Positions 55,421 to 64,000 of a stretch of 64,000 nucleotides of DNA are shown here, one piece after another. The stretch covers positions 1,984,001-2,048,000 of the forward strand of contig OZ374561.1 of the NCBI GenBank assembly GCA_977862235.1, in the 5' to 3' direction. Origin of the DNA: Dudresnaya verticillata. Taxonomy: Eukaryota. The notes under the pieces are model-generated. The model saw nothing but the letters and a program-made list of their open reading frames with translations. It had not been told where the DNA came from and searched no databases. Both the position numbers and the translations under genes were made by a program. Each line of letters starts with the position of its first letter. Position 1 is the stretch's first letter.

Positions 55421-56956
55421 CTACAGCTCACCTGGGACGGCTTGAGAGTATCGCGTCGCGCCCATGGGGATGAGCAGTTTTGTGGTGGTCCAGCCCTGCT
55501 GCTGGAGACCTTTGAGAAAGCCGGGGAGCTGTTCGTCCGCCCACGCGTACGCCCCGTCGATAAGCTCTCGCATCTGGTCGCTGGACAAGTCGGCCCCGGC
55601 CGCCTCCCGCGTCTCGGCGGCGTGTAGCAAGCGCATGCCGGCGAGGTATCCGTGCAAAACGTCATCCGCCTCGGCGTCCTCACGCAACAAAACGCCCGCG
55701 CATCCCCGCGCATATACGACTACAAACCTACCACGGCACGCCACGACAGCGCGGCGCACTTCGCTTGCGCAGTCCTCAAACTGCGCCAGGCTGGCCCCCA
55801 TGCGCAGGCGTGTGACGTCGGGCTGGGGTGGGCGCAGGTACAGCAATGGTTCACGCGCGTTGACTTCGGCCACGGACGGGACGGCGCCGTTATGCATAAA
55901 GTGGTGCGCAACGATGCGCAGACGGAGCCAGTTGAGCGTGGGTAGGCGGACGGTGCGCACGGCGTTGTACGTGCTGGTTAGATGCGCGGTGGCCAGGACG
56001 GCGTAGCAGGCTAGCGTGGGCGCAAGAGCGTCTGGTAGAGTAAGATGGCCCAAGGTGGTGGACACGGCTGACCCCAGGGCCAGGCCAAGCAGGTTGCCAA
56101 AGACGACCTGGGCCTCGCCCCTGCTGGAGACGTCGCCGATATTCTGGGAGACGGCGAAGGCGTCGAGAAAGACACGGTAGCTCGGGCCGCTCATGGCGCT
56201 CGCAGCGTCGCGCAGCAGCGCGGCAGCAGAACCGAAGGCGAGAAAGTACGCGGGTCGGGCGACAGACAGGATCTCAACTGCGACACTTACGGCCATGAGT
56301 GCGTCACCAGCAAGACGGAAGCGCTTCGCGTCGCGGTCAACAGCCGCGGCGAGCTGAGTGGACACGGCCAGCTTGGCCGTAAGGCCCAGCCCGTCCTTGA
56401 GGACCCACTTGAGCGCAGCGCCGACTGGGACAGCCGCGCCCGTTCCCAGCCCCAGGGCGCGCAACAGCGACGTCGTGCCGAGGACGTAGTAGGCATTGCG
56501 GAAGACGTGGCGGCCGACGTGCCACGAGGCCCAGCGTGCGTAGCCCGGCGCGACGGAAGACGGGTAAGCCGCCGGCAGCAGCTGCGCGCGCAGCGCGTGC
56601 AGCGCGTGCTCGCGGCGGCGCGGCGGCGCGCGGCGGCGCGTGTGCGTGCCGTCCGCGCGCAGCACGTACGTCGTGGCGTCCGCCGCTGCAGGCGCGGCGG
56701 AGGCGGGGCGCTCGCGTAGCTCGACGTCGGCGTCGGGGTCGGGGTCCGCGGGCGCAGGCGAGTCGCAGGGGCGCGCGGCGCCTGGGCGGGCGCGGGCGCG
56801 GGCGCGGGCGGCAGCGATGGGCGGCGGCGCATCTGCGCGGGGCGGGTCGGCAGGGGGTGGCTCGGCGGTGCAGCGCGGGGCGCGCGGGCGCGGGCCGGGA
56901 GCGGGCCTGCGCGGCGCGGCGAGGGGCAACGCGAAGGCGGCGCGGGCGCGGGGCAT
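55421..56956 (-). CDS. ROOT UVB SENSITIVE (RUS1/DUF647) family protein, probably plastid-targeted
   Basis: LLPAAYPSSVAPGY..W, ALKWVLKDGLG, DAKRFRL, FAVSQNIGDVSSRGEAQ, VRLPTLNWLR, EVNAREP. Confidence 0.92.
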   Translation of the reverse strand: MPRARAAFALPLAAPRRPAPGPRPRAPRCTAEPPPADPPRADAPPPIAAARARARARPGAARPCDSPAPADPDPDADVELRERPASAAPAAADATTYVLRADGTHTRRRAPPRRREHALHALRAQLLPAAYPSSVAPGYARWASWHVGRHVFRNAYYVLGTTSLLRALGLGTGAAVPVGAALKWVLKDGLGLTAKLAVSTQLAAAVDRDAKRFRLAGDALMAVSVAVEILSVARPAYFLAFGSAAALLRDAASAMSGPSYRVFLDAFAVSQNIGDVSSRGEAQVVFGNLLGLALGSAVSTTLGHLTLPDALAPTLACYAVLATAHLTSTYNAVRTVRLPTLNWLRLRIVAHHFMHNGAVPSVAEVNAREPLLYLRPPQPDVTRLRMGASLAQFEDCASEVRRAVVACRGRFVVVYARGCAGVLLREDAEADDVLHGYLAGMRLLHAAETREAAGADLSSDQMRELIDGAYAWADEQLPGFLKGLQQQGWTTTKLLIPMGATRYSQAVPGEL

Positions 56957-57269
56957 GGCTGCGGCGCGGCGGGCGGCGGGGCGGGCGCGGCGGGCGCGGC
57001 TCGACGCGCGACGGGATTGCGAATCGGATGCGGCTCGCCTCGGGACAGGCTGGCGCGCGCGCGCGAAACGACTTACAGCGCGCGCGCGTTGGCGCGAGCG
57101 GGCAGCGCTGCGTGCTCTGCGCGGCGCGCGGCGCAGCGTTGCTCTCGCCGCGCGCCCTCAGCCGGTCCCGCTGCCGCTGCCGCTGCCTTCCCAAAACCGC
57201 GCCGCCCCGCTCCCGCTCTCGCCCCGCCGCGCCGCGTGTGTGTGAGCCCCGCCCGCAGCCGCAGCCGCG

Positions 57270-57424
57270 ATGCACCCGCGCCTGCCACCGTCCGCGCTGT
57301 CCGCGCGCTCGACCGCGCTGCATTTGTCCCCGCCGGACCCCGCACCCGCCGCGCCGCGCCCCTCGCCGTCGCCCACCCCCTCGCCCTCCCCGCGCCCACC
57401 CACCCGCCCGCCTATCCCCACCTA

Positions 57425-57464
<40 letters not shown>

Positions 57465-60400
57465 TCCGCGCGCTCTCGCCCCACCAGGCCCGCCCCGCCC
57501 ATGTCCGCCATGTCATCGCGCAAGCCGCCCCCGCCCCGCCCGACCTCCTCGCGTCCTGCAACCTCGCGCCCGCGCCCGGCACCCGCCCCGTCGACACTGA
57601 CACCGGCTCCGCCGCCACCACCGCCACTGCCGCCGCGCGTTGTGGAGCACCGGGGCCCCGCGACTGCCGAGCTCCTGGTGGCCTCGTTCCGTCACGGCCC
57701 GCTCTCGCGCTTGCCCTCGTCTGCCTCCCTGGTACCCGCACCCGCACCCGCACCCGCACCCGCACCCGCACCCGCACCCGCACCCGCACCCGCACCCGCA
57801 CCCGCACCCGCACCCGCACCCGCACCCGCACCCGCACCCGCACCCGCACCCGCACCCGCACCCGCACCCACCCCCGCCCGCTCAGACCCCACAGACCTGC
57901 CGCCTGTCTTCGCGCCGCGCCCTCGCGCTCTTCCTCCCGGCAAGACCCCGCGGAAGCGCCCAAGAACCCCAGCTACCAAGCTTCCTACCCCGCCGCCACT
58001 CCCTTCCAAAAAGTATGGCGCAAAGGAGCGCTCTACGACACGCAAGCCCAATGCCCCCGAGCATCCTGTGCCACGCAAGGCATCGAGGGCCAACTCAGTC
58101 CCCAAGACGCGCACAGCTCCCGCCGCAAAACCGCGGGCTGCTGTGTCGTTTGCGTACAACGTTTCCAAAGACGCGTCGGAGCGCTCGCCGCTCCCGCCCG
58201 CCCCACCCGCCCCCCACAAGCACCTGCCGCCCATCGAGATGTTCAGCGCCTCCCAGCCAAGTCATACCCCCGCCAACATTCAGGATGCAAACCTCTTCAC
58301 CGTGTCCACCGACCCCCACAACCACCGCAAGGAGGCCCCTGCAATCCCCGAACCTACTCGCCCAACGGCTCCCGACGTTGCCCCCCAACGTTCAGCTTTG
58401 CCGAGCGGCTTTTTCTCTATATCAGCCCAGCCCATTTCTGCTGCTACCGTGTATCGCCCTCATCCCGCAGTCAATGCTACATGGCCCTCTCCTCATGCAA
58501 CTTACATTTCACAAACCCCGCCGCCACCGCCGCACTTTTTTTCCGCGCACCCGATCATGACGTCTACCCCTGCAAACCTCCCGACCTTGCCACCGATGCG
58601 CCCTGTCCAGCCTTCCTTCCTACCAACCACCCACGGCCATCACTTGACGCCAATAAGTTCTTCTTTCATCAACGGTCTGCATGACGGAGTATCCGGCACG
58701 CCATGCGCCCAAGCAGGGACCGCTCAAGTCTTCCCCACAGGTCAGCGCCCTTCACACCCTGTTCTCCTTCATATCTCAAATCAGCCATCTGCGCAGCCGT
58801 GTCTGCACCCACCCGGCAGCGTGAGTGTTGTCCCAAGTGCAGCGTCATCGGCGACAATGAACACGAGGCTTGACCCGCTTGCGACTTTCCAGTCGAGTTT
58901 TCCCGCGAATGTCATAAAACCCAGCCGTCCATCAAATTCAGGTGAAAGAAGAAAAACATCTCCTCGAAGAAAGGGCAAGAGCAAGTCTAAGAAGATTTCA
59001 TCGCCGTCTGGCAAAGTTAGGAAAGGACGGAAAATACAGCAGCACTTGCTGAGTGCTACGCTTTTCGAGCCGGACGTGGACTCCCAACGCTTTGCAACGA
59101 CAGGTCGTTCTTCAACCGGGCAGCCTGAGGCGGCGATTGCCCCTGTTATGGCTCCGAATACAGGACCTCCGCGGGAAAGCACAATTGCTGCGACGCAAAC
59201 CGTGTCGTTGTGCCCTCCTGCCGAGGCAAGGAAATCTGCGCCAATACCGCAAAGCACTTTCATGGTACGACCTTCCATGGCACTAGCTCCAGTGCGAAGA
59301 GGTTCCGGTATGCTAGCTGAGCCCGTTAAGGGTTTTAGTAGTCCTGGAAAGCAATCGCGACGAGAGAGCAGTCCTGATCCCAATCCATTGGGAAGGCCGT
59401 CCTGGCGCCAGTTCCAAGACGTGTCACCAAAAAACAGGTCTAATGCGCTCGAGGGTTTCTGCGACTTGTCACCGGCCCCAGTGGCCGATAGGTCTCGCCC
59501 CGAGCTCAATATCACTGGCGCACAGAATGAGGTTTTGAATACCAGCAATGTTGAAACCGGACATGGTCATCAACGATATACCGACCACCATACAGACCAG
59601 TTGCCTGCTGCAAACTCAACAGTACCGATACAGGTTTTCGAAGCAGGTGTTCCTGCCACAGGCGCCGAAATTCCAAAGCAGCATGACGTGCAGAAAAGTC
59701 CGGGACAAGCTATGCCTAGAGGTGGCATACCGCGAGCTCACATGAATACACCGTCGGACGCTGCCGTGGAAGAATCTCTCTCGCCCCCAAGCACATTGCC
59801 AGGCATTCAGACCACAGAGCAACAGTTCCCCTCGAGCCTGTCTGGACAATCCGAGGAAGGTCGAGAGCATTCTCCTGTGATCAGTTCTGGGGCGTTAAAG
59901 ACGACCACCCCGGCATTGAAGCACCACGACGTGGCGTCGGAGAAACATGCAGGAGGTAATTTGCCAGCAACAGTGAAGAAAAATACCTCTGCGGCGAAAG
60001 AAGTTATTGCTAAGCAAAAGAGCATGCTAGGATCCCCTAGTTTGCGATTGTCCGACAATATGGACAAGGAGGAAACATGTGATGTTGATGCGATCCAACT
60101 GCGAAGGAGTATTCAAGATGTCGACAAGCCACATCCCGAAAATACCAAGAGTGCGTCGAACCGGCCCGACATAGGTATCGTATCAAACTTGAGTGCTGTG
60201 GAGGAAGAGAAGCGAGTTGATCTGATGCCAAGAGCCCAATTCAAGCTCCCATGTAGATTGCGGGTAAGGAAGACGGCGCGTATGGGTCATAGTCATGCGT
60301 TGGACAAGTCGCTACTGCTCGGATCGAGGAAAAGGCTGTCAAGGACTGCAAAGCCCGACAAAAGGAGCCTGGCTGACCTCGAAAGTGATTATGAAAGTGA

Positions 60401-63110
60401 CGGTTTTTCTGACTCTACGTTAGCGCCTAGAAAACCGGTCAGTTGTCTCTTGCGGCTTCCGATTGTGGACCCCAACTCTGGTGTTCGTTGTGGATTCTTG
60501 CGAAGTTTTAGACAAGGCAGTGAAGCTCTAATGGGTCCAATGAAGGCATCTCAGAACGCCCCACGGCGATCAACTAGGGCGAAGAAGAATGTGATGCCCA
60601 CAGCGATGCTTGTTGATGACGATGAAGGGGAAGAGCCTGTGTATTTGTCATGGAGGGACGAAGATGCCAACGAAAAGGGTAACGCAGATGTTGACACCTC
60701 GGACAAGGCATCGACAGCGAGCTCAGACCTACATCTAAGCCGAAATGTGAGGCGTGGTCCTGGACGGGTAGCAAGTAGCTCTGACGCAGAAGGGATGGAA
60801 GTTTCAGATTCCTCAACTCTGCAGGGCAGGGATTTGAAGAAGGCAGTTGGATCTGATCTCGGTCACTCGCGGACACACCCCAGTCCTCGAAGGGCAGTTG
60901 GTGCCAGGATTTCATCTAATGATCTTCCGTCAAAAGGTGCCCCAAAGCGAGCAAGGAAAGCTGGGCGGAATCACAGAAGCCGTTCGTTGGCTGCCGCTGC
61001 AGCCGACGCAGGTGCTTCGAGCTCGATCTTGGCCGAGATGGGAACAAGGCCGTGTACAATGTGTCTGGATACTATAGCCTCTGGACAGGGCCACGTACAC
61101 CCATTCTTTCCATACAGGGGACTGTATATTTGCAAAAGTTGTCAGGCACAGCTGTGGAGAAATGGTAGCAAGAGCGGTCCACAGGCGGAAGATTGCCGTG
61201 CTGTTGAAGCCAGCAAGAAGAAGCAAGTTGATCTGTTCACTTCTCTAGTGGAGGAAATGGTACAAGCGTTGACACCTAGCGAGCGGAAGGGCGGGAAGGT
61301 TGAAGATGCTTTTGCATATGTGCAGTCGCGGCACAACGATGATATCATTGAAAGCATTGAAGCTCTGCCAGTGCCGTACGAAATGCTTGCAGTTATTCGT
61401 TCTCTTCTGAAGGCGTTGCCAGTAACTTTTGGTCAGGGAAGCTTGAGATGGCCAAAAGAGCACATCAGCCTACCGTGCGGGGCAGATGTTTGCAGCTTAG
61501 TAACCGAAGCGATTCCGCGAACGATTTCGGACCTAAAGAATGGGACGACAGCGGGAGAGCGGGTATGGGGAGACGTATTTGGCGATATCGAACCAATCAC
61601 CGCAGCTCTGCCATCATGCCGTGTTTACGAGAAGGTCCTCGGTCTGTTGGGCATCAAGTTGCGTCACGTGGGCTCATGTGAAGGCAGCTCTCTGAGAGGG
61701 TCACCATCATGCAAGGTGCAGATAGATGCCGCCAGCATAGAGGAAGCAATGCATCTGGCAAGGGCGGGGCATCGATTGGATGCAATGAAGGGATTGTTTA
61801 AGGTGGGGTCGCTTCGCCGTCAATCCGGAGCGAAAAGTGTTTCGGATCGGCCTGTGCTTGACAAGAAATCAAATCGCTGCAGCATTTGTGCGTCGCAAAG
61901 GAATGCTCGGACTTTTCCCTTCACCTTCACGAGTTGTCAACACTGTTCGCGACAGGTTTGCTCCGTATGCCTCACCAACGTTTTGGGCACTACAGAGCTT
62001 TTGAGGGCACTGGAGGAGCAGAGCACATATGCCTGCATTCTGTGCCGGTTCCGCTTTCCGGATCGGGTTGCCGGCCACACACAAGGCCCTAGAGATGGTT
62101 CGTTGCCAGGAGCGCGTATTCGGGCAATGAAGGCCAACGAGCGTTCGAAGAAACTGCAAAAGTGCGCTGCGATTGGAAGGGAGAATCGGCTTCCCCTTTC
62201 AGCACTACGTGTATCGCGAGCTGTCCGCAAGAGATTGTTCGCCAACGGTGGCAACAGAGCTCCTTATGCAGACATTCGATTTGCCAAGCTGTGTGAACTC
62301 TTGAATGAGAACGCATTTGCTCAGATCCGTGAACGGGGCGGAGGGACTCAAAGGATTTGCCTAGGATGCAAGTCGGGTAACCAAGAGGATGAAGTTGAGG
62401 GCGCAAACCGCATGAAGCGAAAGCGGTTGGAACCCACGGATGAACAGGCGCTACATGGGTGCGCGGAGAAGTCGTGCCGAGTGTTTATGCACATGGGCTG
62501 CTTACCCGAAGAGAAGTCGCCGAAACGGAAGCGCAGTTCTGGTATTTTCTGCCCGCAGCATAGATGCTCTGTATGCTGCAAAAAGGATGACAGTGGGCTT
62601 ATCAAATGCCGAACGTGTCCGGTCGCGTACTGCAAGCAACATGCGCCGAGCCCAAGTACTGTACACACGTTTTCGGAAAGGCTGATTGCTTGTCCTAGGT
62701 GTCGACCCAGTCTCGAAATGCCCCAGCAATCTACGTATCGGCTCGCTCAGCACACCCACAAAATCCCAACCGCTGCCCACGACAATTCCTACCCTTTGGC
62801 ATTGGCAATCTCACGGCAACAGGCAGTTGAGAGGGTGCAGGCAATAGTTGCCAGAAGCTGTGCTGCCGATAGTGCCCTCATCGCTGCGCAAAAGAGTACT
62901 ACCCCGACGCCGTACCGCCACTCGGAACCGAGCACCCCATCAGAAGTGCGAAACGAGACCGCTGCCGCGGCCAAGTCGCCGGACAACAGAACAGATGCAC
63001 ATTCGCCAACCCCGGCACCGGTGGAGGCCAAGGTATCTGGTCAACCAAGTCCGAGCGCAGAATTGCCAGATCGAGTGGAACCGATGTGCATAGAAGCCAA
63101 TGTGAAGTGA
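57270..63110 (+). CDS. Large low-complexity nuclear protein with a split ADD-like domain and a C-terminal PHD-C5HCH-like module; start could be 57501
   Basis: Uninterrupted 1946-aa ORF; CTMC...HPFF...ICKSC (61053-61142); CSIC...CQHC...CSVCLTNVLG...YACILC (61878-62045); CLGC...C...C...HMGCL...FCPQHRCSVC...CRTCPVAYCKQH...CPRC (62358-62702). Confidence 0.85.
57429..57464 (+). repeat. (GCC)12 microsatellite (poly-Ala or 5' leader)
   Basis: Direct reading of the sequence. Confidence 0.95.
57735..57866 (+). repeat. Perfect (CCCGCA)22 microsatellite encoding (Pro-Ala)22
   Basis: 132 bp without interruption. Confidence 0.95.
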
Positions 63111-63483
63111 CGCGTCAAGTTTTACACACCAAGCCTAAATAACTTCATCCACATCAACTGAGCAACCTTGCTCCGGTGGAAACTAAATTTTGAACTTCAC
63201 TAACTACTGCGATCGAATCGCACGGTGTAACATAGCCTCTCGACAACCCCCCAAAATAAACAAACACAAGTATCCACGACATTATTGCCATATCCTTTCA
63301 TGCTCAGTCGCAGTTGTATTTGAACTGTTTTTTTATGATCATGTTGTTGTTTCCAACGTTGATAGTTGTCGCCAACTCTAGACATTGCTACGGCTGTAGC
63401 ATGCACACAGGAACGGAAATCATGTTGGTAAGGTTACAGATATGCTGTAATAAATGTTACGTAGATACACAGAGAAAACGCTA

Positions 63484-63999
63484 TCAGTTTTGAATCCTGC
63501 CTGGCATTGCTGCTAAATCAGCATTGTTGTGCGCCGAGTTCCGCTGATGCCGGGCAAGGCTTGATTTGAGGGCAAAAGACTTCTTGCAGACCGTGCAAAC
63601 GTGTTTCTTGGGCGTCTGTTGATGTGTTCTTTGGTGTGCCATCAGATTGTAGCGAGTTCCGAAAGCTTTCCCGCAGTGGCACTTGTGGTCACGTTTCTTG
63701 AGATGCACGGTGTCGATGTGCATCTTCATGTGGGGACGTTGACCAAACGTGCGCTGGCAATACGTGCACATCCATTTCTTCTCCCCCCTGTGAGTGGTGG
63801 CAACATGTCGCTTGAGGGAGTCCACCCGGTTGAACGAATTGGGACAGTCTTGACAGTGGTAATCTCGTCTCTGGCTGTGCTTGGACGACATGTGCACCTT
63901 GAGATTGTATCTCCGAGTAAACACGCTTTTGCATATCGGGCAAGACAGGCCCTGCGTCGTTGCGACGGATGTCGGCGACTCGCCGCCACTGCCATGTAA
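63484..63999 (-). CDS. C2H2 zinc-finger transcription factor, 5 fingers visible, 5' part outside the window
   Basis: CPICKSVFTRRYNLKVHMSSKH, CQDC...HVATTH, CTYC...HIDTVH, CHCG...HQRTH, CTVC...HQRNSAH; frame is open to the window edge. Confidence 0.92.
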   Translation of the reverse strand, partial: LHGSGGESPTSVATTQGLSCPICKSVFTRRYNLKVHMSSKHSQRRDYHCQDCPNSFNRVDSLKRHVATTHRGEKKWMCTYCQRTFGQRPHMKMHIDTVHLKKRDHKCHCGKAFGTRYNLMAHQRTHQQTPKKHVCTVCKKSFALKSSLARHQRNSAHNNADLAAMPGRIQN

Positions 64000-64000
64000 G

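Overview
Eukaryotic nuclear DNA that is gene-dense and intron-poor, with about 25 CDS and three short GT-AG introns I can place. Several genes have plastid-type transit peptides (MATE, RUS1-like, D27-like, SPP-like). By inference this fits a compact red-algal (florideophyte-like) genome; the taxon is not proven. Recognisable genes: PAPS sulfotransferase, bHLH-ZIP factor, HAUS3, NOP12/RBM34, SGT1, tafazzin, BSD protein, GUCD1, HAPSTR1-like, MATE, guanylate kinase, PI4K-gamma, Rim2-type carrier, D27-like, RUS1-like and a C2H2 factor cut by the window edge. Most notable observations: (i) three diverged PP4R4/PP2A-A-type HEAT scaffold paralogues within 18 kb; (ii) a 1946-aa apparently non-catalytic chromatin reader with an ATRX-type ADD domain split by ~245 aa plus an NSD-type PHD-C5HCH module; (iii) a WW-IQ-BAG co-chaperone combining animal BAG3-like and plant BAG5-7-like features; (iv) a sucrose-phosphatase-like protein lacking its catalytic aspartates; (v) a DHFR-type double E2F site with tandem CHR-like elements upstream of HAUS3. 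All family calls come from recognising motifs by eye; no searches were run. I could not support any rRNA, tRNA, CRISPR array or intact mobile element.
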